From: an uncultured Pseudomonadales bacterium
GTDB lineage: Bacteria > Patescibacteriota > Microgenomatia > UBA1400 > CAYXSR01
Reading direction: 5' to 3'
Assembly (NCBI GenBank): GCA_964430265.1
Contig: CAYSEI010000003.1
Location: 65,070 to 129,069, forward strand
Length of the DNA stretch: 64,000 bases
Part shown: one piece after another, positions 56,543 through 64,000 of the stretch
How the letters are laid out: each line of letters starts with the position of its first letter
Position numbering within the stretch: position 1 is the stretch's first letter
Notes under the pieces: generated by a model
Seen by the model: the letters and a program-made list of their open reading frames with translations, nothing else
Database searches by the model: none
What the model was told of the DNA's origin: nothing
Position numbers and translations under genes: made by a program

Positions 56543-58479
56543 AACAGCTTAAATTGGAATATGCCAAAATTGTAGGGGCAGGACCTGAGGCTATACCTGA
56601 ATTGGATAATAAACAAGGATGGGCGCAAACGCACATTTTTATTCCTCAAGACAACAAAAAAAAACAAGCTGGTAATTTACTGGCAACTTTTTCTTTAAAA
56701 GCCAGGCAAAAAGGAATTGATGTAATATCATATGGTAAAGAAATAATTACCCGTTTCCACGAAATTTATTATTCTTCTGCAGAAAATGAGATTTTTAAGC
56801 GTTTAGAAGAAAGTTTAAAAAATTTACAAAATGAATTTATAAACGAGGTTAACCTTTCAGTTATTGCCGGTGTTGTTTTTGAAAAAAAGGACAAAAGTAT
56901 TGGATATTTTAGCAAAACCGGAGAAGGTGGAGCCTTTTTATTCAGAAACGATAAACTAATAACTTTGCTTGCTCCACAGAGTGGAAAAAAAACAGTCTCT
57001 GGAGTGCTTGAATCACAGGACAAATTATTGCTGGCAACAGAACAATTTTTTACTCCTTTGTCTTTGGGTGTTTTAAGGGCTGGATTCAAAAAAGAAAAAA
57101 CTGAAGAAATAGCAGAAGAATGGTCAACTATAATTCACGGACGACAAAACAATACAGAGACAGCAGCGGTTATTGTAAAGGTTGAAATAGAACAAGTTTT
57201 TGAAAAAAAAGAAGTTTCTTTGCAGCCGGTTGCAAAGAAAAAACAAACAAAAAAAAAGAACCTAAAGGATAAATTAGATGCTTTAAAAAAGTTTCCTTCA
57301 ATTTTTAAAGGATTTTTAAAGGATTTTAAAAGGGAGCGAAGCAGATATTACCAAAGTAAAAAGAAAAAAAAGAAAAGTAAAAAAACAACTTTAATAGTGG
57401 CAGTAGGTTTAATTATTCTTTTATTAGTCAGTGTATTTTTTGGTGCAAAACAAAAAACACAGCAGCAAGAAAAAGCAGCTTATCAAACAGTTGCTGAGGA
57501 AGTAAATCATTTATATGATGAAGCAGTTTCACAAATTGAAGTAAATCCGGTACGTAGTCAAAGTCTTTTAAAAGAAAGCAAAATTCTTTTGGAAGAGAAA
57601 ATGCCTGAGATAAGTGAAGAGTATCAAGCGGACCTTGAACAAATGCAAAAAAAAGTGGAAGCAAAAATTGAGGAACTCTCACGCAGCTACCAAATAAAAG
57701 AACCTGATCTTTGGCTGGATTTGAATCTGGCAAAAGAAGGTTTTTCCGGTAATGTATGGGGAGTAACAGAAAAAAAACTATATATTCTACAAGAAAACGC
57801 AGAAAGTATTTTAAGTGTGGATCAAAAAAGCAAGTCTTACCAAATTGCTGCTGGCGGTGATGAATATGTATCTACTGAAAAAGTGGCGGCAGTTAATGAT
57901 CGGCTATTTTTAAACACTTCAAGCAATAATTTATGGGTAATTGATGTTTTAGAAAAAGAATCAATTCAGAAAAAGCAAGAGCAAGAATGGGGGGAGATAA
58001 CTGATACAGTTGGATTTGGCAGCAACTTGTATTTGTTGGATAAAGGAGAAAAGCAAATATGGAAGTATGTAGGTATAGAGGCAGGATTAGGGGACAAAAC
58101 AAAATATTTGCAAGAAGATGTTGATCTTTTACAAGAAGCTGAGTCATTGGCTATCGACGGATCAATTTGGGTATTGACGAAAAACGGGGGAATTTTAAAG
58201 TTTATCCGTGGTGAAAGGGATCATTTTGTGGTTACAAGTCTTTTAGATCCCTTTATTGAACCCACTGATTTATATACCAGCCCTGAAGTTGACAATCTTT
58301 ATATCTTAGATAGAAAAGGATTACGGATTGTATTGATTGACAAAAAAACCGGTGAATACAAAGCGCAATACAAATGGTCGGGATTAGCTGCAGCAAAACA
58401 GATATTTGCTGACGAAGAAAACGGATATATCTTGGTTTTAACAGGAAATAGAATATATGAGTTGGAGCTGAAAAAATGA
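56539..58479 (+). CDS. Bitopic membrane protein: PP2C-like fold, TM, extracellular beta-propeller
   Basis: GEG.AFLFR...SG....DKLLLAT; TM; NLYLLD...IWKY, LAIDGSIWVL, LYILD repeats. Confidence 0.65.
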   Translation: MKQLKLEYAKIVGAGPEAIPELDNKQGWAQTHIFIPQDNKKKQAGNLLATFSLKARQKGIDVISYGKEIITRFHEIYYSSAENEIFKRLEESLKNLQNEFINEVNLSVIAGVVFEKKDKSIGYFSKTGEGGAFLFRNDKLITLLAPQSGKKTVSGVLESQDKLLLATEQFFTPLSLGVLRAGFKKEKTEEIAEEWSTIIHGRQNNTETAAVIVKVEIEQVFEKKEVSLQPVAKKKQTKKKNLKDKLDALKKFPSIFKGFLKDFKRERSRYYQSKKKKKKSKKTTLIVAVGLIILLLVSVFFGAKQKTQQQEKAAYQTVAEEVNHLYDEAVSQIEVNPVRSQSLLKESKILLEEKMPEISEEYQADLEQMQKKVEAKIEELSRSYQIKEPDLWLDLNLAKEGFSGNVWGVTEKKLYILQENAESILSVDQKSKSYQIAAGGDEYVSTEKVAAVNDRLFLNTSSNNLWVIDVLEKESIQKKQEQEWGEITDTVGFGSNLYLLDKGEKQIWKYVGIEAGLGDKTKYLQEDVDLLQEAESLAIDGSIWVLTKNGGILKFIRGERDHFVVTSLLDPFIEPTDLYTSPEVDNLYILDRKGLRIVLIDKKTGEYKAQYKWSGLAAAKQIFADEENGYILVLTGNRIYELELKK

Positions 58480-58907
58480 AAGTTGTAAACAGAAAAGCAC
58501 GCTATGAATATGAAATTTTGGAAAAGTATGAAGCAGGAATAAAACTCAAAGGACACGAGGTTAAAAGTATTAAAGAAGGAAGAATTAAACTAGAAGGAAG
58601 TTATGTCAAAATAATTGACAATGAAGCATATTTAATTAATGCCCATATTCCTCTTTATCAATATTCGGTTGATCCGGATTATGAACCCAGCCGCAGCCGT
58701 AAACTGCTTTTGCATAAAAAAGAAATTCTTAATCTTAAAGACAATGTAAAAGAAAAAAATTTAACAATTGTCCCTTTAGCCTGTTATGCCCTTAAGGGAA
58801 ATATAAAAGTACAAATTGGACTTGCCAGGGGTAAGAAGAAATGGGATAAGAGAAGAAAAATCAAGGAAAGAGAACTACAAAGAAGAAAAAAACAGATTAT
58901 CAAATAA
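58476..58907 (+). CDS. smpB: SsrA-binding protein
   Basis: NRKARYEY, EAGIKL.G.EVKS, RKLLLHK, GKKKWDKR. Confidence 0.98.
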   Translation: MKVVNRKARYEYEILEKYEAGIKLKGHEVKSIKEGRIKLEGSYVKIIDNEAYLINAHIPLYQYSVDPDYEPSRSRKLLLHKKEILNLKDNVKEKNLTIVPLACYALKGNIKVQIGLARGKKKWDKRRKIKERELQRRKKQIIK

Positions 58908-58925
58908 TAAGCCTGTTAAAGTCTA

Positions 58926-58954
58926 TTTACATTCATCCTATAATTTAGTAAAAT
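58926..58954 (+). promoter_or_regulatory. ssrA promoter
   Basis: TTTACA-N17-TAAAAT. Confidence 0.6.
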
Positions 58955-58965
58955 ATACCTGTAAT

Positions 58966-59400
58966 GGGGATGAAGAGATTCGACGGAAAGGGTTCTTTAA
59001 AAACTGCAAGCCGACTTTGAACAATAGTCGCAAAACAGGTTTAAAAAAATAAACGTCAGCAAATTATCTGACAAACTAGCCGATCTAGGCAACGAAGTTG
59101 CTGCTACTTTTAGTCAGCAACCACGCGTAGTTTACGCTTAAAGTTACTAGAAAAGCTACTCCACCTTGATGTGGAGCGTTTTAGTCCGTTTTCCCTGGGG
59201 AATTGGCTAAGGCGAGAACTTACTCAGGGCGTCATTTTTAAAACATTGAGGCCGGTTTTAAAAAGGAGTTAAATTAAAGGTCTTATTCCCAAAGAATTTG
59301 TTTTGTTTGTTTCTCTCTTTGGGTTATAAAACAGACTAAGCTTGTAGAAGTTTTTACTGAGGCTTTTCGGACGGGAGTTCACTGCTCCCCATCTCCACCA
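58966..59400 (+). ncRNA. ssrA: tmRNA
   Basis: 5' GGGGATGAA...TTCGAC; 3' T-arm and CATCTCCACCA with G3:U; follows smpB; tag ORF 59055-59141. Confidence 0.95.
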
Positions 59401-59404
59401 CTTT

Positions 59405-59428
59405 GGGGCTTTTTAAAGCCCCTTTTTT
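59405..59428 (+). terminator. Intrinsic terminator after ssrA
   Basis: GGGGCTT-TTTA-AAGCCCC-TTTTTT. Confidence 0.85.
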
Positions 59429-59444
59429 GTTTTATGCTAAATTA

Positions 59445-60137
59445 ATGGTTTTGGATTTTTTCTTCCCTAAGAAATGTCTGGGCTGCTCAAAAAGCGGAGG
59501 ATACTTGTGTGAGCAATGTTGGAGTAAGCTTCAATTTCAGCATGAACAGATTTGTCCTTACTGTGAAAAAGATTCTCTTGAGGGGAAAGCGCACTTTAAT
59601 TGTTTAAAGCAAAGCTGTTTGTCAGGAAACATTTCTGTTTTAAAATACTCAAACCCACTAAGCAAAAGAATTTTGCACCAGTTTAAATATGCATATATCT
59701 CAGATTTAAAAACACTGATAGGACAAATAATTTATAAATACTTGAGTACAAACAATAAAATAACAAGCTTTACAAACTTTATTAAAAGCAGACCCGTAAT
59801 TATACCGATACCTTTGCATAAAAAAAGACAATCTTGGAGGGGATTTAACCAGTCAGAGCTGATAAGCAAGGAAATTGCAAAATATTTTGATTTAAAAGTA
59901 AACAATAATTGTTTATACCGTAAAAAGGAAACTCTGCCGCAAGTTGATTTAAGAAGAAAGCAAAGAAAAGAAAATATTAAAGGTGTTTTTAGGGTTGATA
60001 AAAGCAATCCTCTTGAAAATAAAAAAGTGCTGCTTATTGATGATGTTTGGACAACCGGGAGCACGCTTAGAGAAGCTGCCAAGAGTTTGAGAGGAAATTT
60101 TGATTGTAAAGTTTGGTCTTTTACTCTTTGCCGCTGA
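59445..60137 (+). CDS. comF: ComF family competence protein
   Basis: Double zinc-finger CxxC, PIPLH..R...RGFNQS, LLIDDVWTTGST. Confidence 0.93.
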   Translation: MVLDFFFPKKCLGCSKSGGYLCEQCWSKLQFQHEQICPYCEKDSLEGKAHFNCLKQSCLSGNISVLKYSNPLSKRILHQFKYAYISDLKTLIGQIIYKYLSTNNKITSFTNFIKSRPVIIPIPLHKKRQSWRGFNQSELISKEIAKYFDLKVNNNCLYRKKETLPQVDLRRKQRKENIKGVFRVDKSNPLENKKVLLIDDVWTTGSTLREAAKSLRGNFDCKVWSFTLCR

Positions 60138-61152
60138 ATCGCAAAGGTTTGAATTTTAAAAGTAAATTTTGCGCTTTATTTTTAGTTTTTAAATCCACTT
60201 TTACTGCAACTAGACCTTTACCCGGTTGGCCGTAGAAAACAAAAGTTTTTAAAGGGGATAAGAGAATAAGCGGCAATACGCTCAAATCTTCCTCACCTAA
60301 AAGAGTTATTATTTGTTTTTTGCCTTTTAAACTTTTATTGATTGCAACAATGATAGTTTGGATTAAATCTTTAGTAATTGTTCCGGAGGGATTTTGTGTA
60401 TGTAATTTGTTTGCTTTAAGAGAGAAAAGGGGTTGGTGCAAATGCGCACTGATTTTTTCTCTGCGGTGCTTAAAATCAAGTACAGCAATATTAAAAGGTA
60501 AGTTATTTTTAATAAAAGAATGCGTAGTTATATCACCGACTGTAATAATCAAGAGGGGATTGTTTTTTTTAATAATTTTCTTTGCTTGTAACGCAGACCA
60601 GCGTAAGGAATGATCTGAACCGGAAAGAAGCTTTCCCATTGGTTTTTTAAAGTGTTTGCGTTGTTTTTCTGGAAGTAAAAGGGTGTTTTTAAAAAGATTA
60701 AGATGATTTATCCCTTTTTTGTTTGCTTTTCCCATGCGGATTTTTGTTGAGGAAACATTTTTATGCAAGGGTATTTTTTCAATTTTAAGCGAAGGAAGGT
60801 TTAGAATCTGTCTTTGTCTGTTTAAATATTTTGCACCGGAGAAAGTATTCTGGGTTGCAAAAATTGCTTGCAAAGACTGATTGGTAAAATAAGGGCCTAA
60901 GGGATTTTTAATAGGAAAAAGCCGGGTACGGTGCCAGTAGTTATTTTGTTTTAAGAACTTTTTTAGGTTTTTCTGGCGAAGCGTATATGGCTCAATCAGG
61001 TTATTTAAAGCTTTGTTTTTGGTTTTTTTGACTAAACCGCAGTAAATATATTGTGCTTTTTGATAAGCTTTGTTAAGAAACTTTTTGTGTCCCTGATGCA
61101 GGTGGTCAAATGTTCCGCCCAGAATTGCGTGTTTGTATTTGTATTGTGTCAT
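60121..61152 (-). CDS. Archaeal/eukaryotic-type phosphopantetheine adenylyltransferase fused to DUF359 GTP-dependent dephospho-CoA kinase
   Basis: GGTFDHLHQGH, VSSTKIR; then ITVGD, NPSG.I, GEEDL, YGQP..G; true start 61152. Confidence 0.88.
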   Translation of the reverse strand: MTQYKYKHAILGGTFDHLHQGHKKFLNKAYQKAQYIYCGLVKKTKNKALNNLIEPYTLRQKNLKKFLKQNNYWHRTRLFPIKNPLGPYFTNQSLQAIFATQNTFSGAKYLNRQRQILNLPSLKIEKIPLHKNVSSTKIRMGKANKKGINHLNLFKNTLLLPEKQRKHFKKPMGKLLSGSDHSLRWSALQAKKIIKKNNPLLIITVGDITTHSFIKNNLPFNIAVLDFKHRREKISAHLHQPLFSLKANKLHTQNPSGTITKDLIQTIIVAINKSLKGKKQIITLLGEEDLSVLPLILLSPLKTFVFYGQPGKGLVAVKVDLKTKNKAQNLLLKFKPLRFSGKE

Positions 61153-61219
61153 ACAGAGATTGTAGAATTCGGATTTATTGAAGTCAAGAAAGAATGATAT
61201 AATATATAAGCTTAACAGA

Positions 61220-61304
61220 GGAGGGTTGGCTGAGCGGTCAAAAGCGATGGTCTTGAAAACCATTGGGGTTAAACCCCGCAGAGGTTCGAATCCTCTACCC
61301 TCCG
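61220..61304 (+). tRNA. tRNA-Ser(TGA)
   Basis: GGAGGGT/ACCCTCC acceptor stem, ATGGT-CT-TGA-AA-ACCAT, long variable arm, GGTTCGAATCC. Confidence 0.95.
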
Positions 61305-61345
61305 CCTTTTTTTGCAATTTTGAATCAGATATAATTAAGCATATT

Positions 61346-61433
61346 GGAGGAGTCGCATAGTCCGGTCAAGTGCGTCGGTTTGCTAAACCGATGAGCCTTA
61401 AAGCTCACGTGGGTTCGAATCCCACCTCCTCCG
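61346..61433 (+). tRNA. tRNA-Ser(GCT)
   Basis: GGAGGAG/CTCCTCC acceptor stem, TCGGT-TT-GCT-AA-ACCGA, long variable arm, GGTTCGAATCC. Confidence 0.95.
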
Positions 61434-61434
61434 C

Positions 61435-63651
61435 ATGGATAAAAATTACGATCCGGATAAATCAGAAATTGATATATATAAATTTTGGGAGAAAAAAGGA
61501 TACTTTACTCCTAAAATAAAAGAGGGGGAAGCCCCTTTTTGTGTTTTACTGCCTCCGCCCAATGCAAATGATCCTTTACATTTAGGCCATGCTCTATTTG
61601 TAGTTGAAGATATTTTGTGCCGTTGGCACAGAATGATGGGTGATCCGACTTTGTTTTTACCGGGAACGGACCATGCAGGTATTGAAACTCAGTTTGTTTT
61701 TGAAAAAAAACTGCAGGAAAAAGGGAAATCCCGTTTTGATTTTGAAAGAAGCAAATTGTATGAAATGATTGAAGAATATGTGGAAGAGAACAGAGGGATA
61801 GCTAAAAAACAGTTAAAAAGGCTGGGATTTTCTCTGGATTGGTCAAGGGAAAGATACAGTCTGGATCCTGAAGCTTTAGATATTGTTTTTGAAACATTTA
61901 GAAAATTACATAAAGACGGATTGATTTATCGCGGGAAGAGAATTGTTAATTACTGTCCTCACTGCGGTACTGCTTTTTCTGATCTTGAAGTGGAATATAT
62001 AGAAAGAAAAGATTTTTTATATTATTTAGATTATGGTTCCATAACTATAGCTACAACGCGGCCGGAAACAATTTTTGCTGATGTTGCAGTAGCAGTTAAT
62101 CCGAAGGACAAACGCTACAAGGGTTTAGTGGGTAAAAAAGCAGTTTTACCTATATTAAACAAAAAACTACCTATTATTGCAGATGATTTGGTTGAAAAGG
62201 AATTTGGAACCGGAGCTTTAAAAATAACGCCTGGGCATGATAAAACTGATTTTGAAATTGGTGAAAAACATGGCTTGCCGGTTAAAAAGGTAATTAATAT
62301 TAAGGGAAAGATGATTAATGTGCCGGAAAAATATACGGGAATGAAAGTATTGGAGGCAAGAAAAGAGGTTCTTAAAGAACTGGAAGAAAAAGACAAGTTG
62401 GTTAAGAAAAAGAAAATTGAGCATGCAGTGGGAACCTGTTACCGTTGTGACAATCTAATTGAACCTTTGACCATGCCGCAGTGGTATGTAAAGATCAAAC
62501 CTCTGGCAGAAAAAGCAATGCAGGTTGTTAAAAAAGGCGAAGTTAAATTTATTCCCAAAAGGTTTGAAAAACTCTTTTTTAACTGGATGGAGAATATTGA
62601 AGATTGGAATATCAGCCGCCAAATTGTTTGGGGGCCAAGGATTCCTGCCTGGTATTGTTTAGACTGTAACCAGGAAATTATTGTTTCATATATAAATGAT
62701 AAGGGAGAAAAAATTACCCAAAGGTTTAAAAAAGTTAAAGATGATTTTAAAATCGTTAAAAAAGGATTACAGTCTTTGACAGCACCTGTAGATGCAAAAT
62801 ATATTTTACAAAATGTAGAAGCATGTCCAAAGTGTGGTGGTAAGAAAATATTGCAGGAGACAGATACGTTTGATACCTGGTTTTCTTCCGGACAGTGGCC
62901 TTTAACAACTTTACGTTTTCCTGATTCAGAAGATTTTGAATATTTTTATCCTACTTCTGTTTTGGATACGATGTGGGATATTCTCTTTTTCTGGGTAGCA
63001 AGAATGATTATGCTTTGTACGTACAGGGCTGAAAAAGTTCCTTTTAAACTTTCACACATGCACTCCCGAGTAGTGGATGAAAAAGGACAGAAAATGAGTA
63101 AGAGCAGGGGGAATGTAATCAATCCTATGCAAATGGTTAACAAATACGGTGCAGACGCCTTGCGAATGGCTTTAATTTATGGTGTGGCTCCGGCAAGCGA
63201 TGTTTCCTTGGGAGAGAAAAAGATTGAAGCAATGCGGAATTTTTGCAACAAGATATGGAATGCAACCCGATTTTTAATGTTTTATGTGCCCGAAGGGCTG
63301 GAATACAAAAAACCAGAACAAGTAAAACACGAAGATGACCAATGGATATTAAGTGAATTAAACAGGACAATTAAGGAAGTGAATTCTGATTTGGATAAAT
63401 ACCGTTTTGGTCAAGCCTTGGAAAAGATTTATCAGTTTTTCTGGCACGGATTTTGTGATGAATATATTGAAAAAGTAAAAGACCGTAAAGAAGAAACAAT
63501 GCCAATTCTTTTGTATGTCCTAATTACCAGCTTAAAATTAATCCATCCTTTTGCTCCTTATGTTAGTGAACAAATTTTCCAGATTCTAAAAGATGAAAAG
63601 AATATTCAGGGACTTGAGGAAGCAATTATCATTGAATCTTGGCCAAAATGA
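61435..63651 (+). CDS. valS: Valine--tRNA ligase lacking the C-terminal coiled coil
   Basis: PPPN..LHLGH, GTDHAGI, TTRPET, DWNISRQ, DTWFSS, KMSKS. Confidence 0.97.
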   Translation: MDKNYDPDKSEIDIYKFWEKKGYFTPKIKEGEAPFCVLLPPPNANDPLHLGHALFVVEDILCRWHRMMGDPTLFLPGTDHAGIETQFVFEKKLQEKGKSRFDFERSKLYEMIEEYVEENRGIAKKQLKRLGFSLDWSRERYSLDPEALDIVFETFRKLHKDGLIYRGKRIVNYCPHCGTAFSDLEVEYIERKDFLYYLDYGSITIATTRPETIFADVAVAVNPKDKRYKGLVGKKAVLPILNKKLPIIADDLVEKEFGTGALKITPGHDKTDFEIGEKHGLPVKKVINIKGKMINVPEKYTGMKVLEARKEVLKELEEKDKLVKKKKIEHAVGTCYRCDNLIEPLTMPQWYVKIKPLAEKAMQVVKKGEVKFIPKRFEKLFFNWMENIEDWNISRQIVWGPRIPAWYCLDCNQEIIVSYINDKGEKITQRFKKVKDDFKIVKKGLQSLTAPVDAKYILQNVEACPKCGGKKILQETDTFDTWFSSGQWPLTTLRFPDSEDFEYFYPTSVLDTMWDILFFWVARMIMLCTYRAEKVPFKLSHMHSRVVDEKGQKMSKSRGNVINPMQMVNKYGADALRMALIYGVAPASDVSLGEKKIEAMRNFCNKIWNATRFLMFYVPEGLEYKKPEQVKHEDDQWILSELNRTIKEVNSDLDKYRFGQALEKIYQFFWHGFCDEYIEKVKDRKEETMPILLYVLITSLKLIHPFAPYVSEQIFQILKDEKNIQGLEEAIIIESWPK

Positions 63652-63688
63652 TTTTGCTTGGATCTGAAATTGGTATATAATGATTAAA

Positions 63689-64000
63689 ATGGCAGATATA
63701 AAAAAAGCTCTTCCAAAAGAAGAACAAATCAATCCACAGGAAGTTTCCTTTGTCCCACCACCATTAAAAACACTTCTGGAATGGGAATCGCCTGCCAGAC
63801 CGTTTAAAAAAAGAGACCGTGAATATTTTACCACCATTGCTGCAATTGTTTTTTTAGTCTCGGTAATTTTACTATTTATCCAGGAGTGGCTTTTAATTGC
63901 AGTAATAATTTCTCTAATGTTTATTTCCTATGTTTTGGCAACTGTCAAGCCTGAGAACGTGAAGCATAAAATAACTACCCGGGGAATAAAAACAGGTAAA
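63689..64000 (+). CDS. Partial two-TM membrane protein (DUF5673-like), runs off the window
   Basis: Open frame MADIKK...LLEWESPARPFKKRDREYF followed by two TMs; not in the ORF track. Confidence 0.7.
   Translation, partial: MADIKKALPKEEQINPQEVSFVPPPLKTLLEWESPARPFKKRDREYFTTIAAIVFLVSVILLFIQEWLLIAVIISLMFISYVLATVKPENVKHKITTRGIKTGK

Noticed and set aside
58816-59052. 78-aa ORF after smpB
   Set aside because: Overlaps smpB and the tmRNA 5' end; spurious
61153-61317. N-terminal extension of ORF 60121..61317
   Set aside because: It is the antisense of tRNA-Ser(TGA); the true start at 61152 has its own TTGACT-N17-TACAAT promoter

Overview
AT-rich bacterial chromosome segment whose gene content and style point to a Patescibacteria (CPR, probably Microgenomates) genome. 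It spans the replication origin (jag-yidC-yidD-rnpA-rpmH <> dnaA-oriC-dnaN). Left of oriC lie a LOG-rpiB-gap-rpe-tkt operon, rplY, an epimerase-like/DUF4012 fusion and RNase HI. Right of dnaN is a ~36 kb type IV secretion (T4SS)-like surface locus: VirB4 ATPase, PrgI, a 1229-aa CHAP-like hydrolase, an O-antigen ligase-like enzyme, a VirB6-like protein and nine VirB2-like pilins in two arrays. Embedded in it are a 2967-aa protein carrying PP2C phosphatase and GT2 glycosyltransferase domains, several acidic orphan proteins, and a lower mevalonate/UppS operon. The window ends with SpoIID, smpB-tmRNA, comF, an archaeal-type CoaD-DPCK fusion, two tRNA-Ser genes and valS. No CRISPR array, integrase, relaxase or IS element was seen. 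All calls are by-eye motif recognition; no database searches were run.
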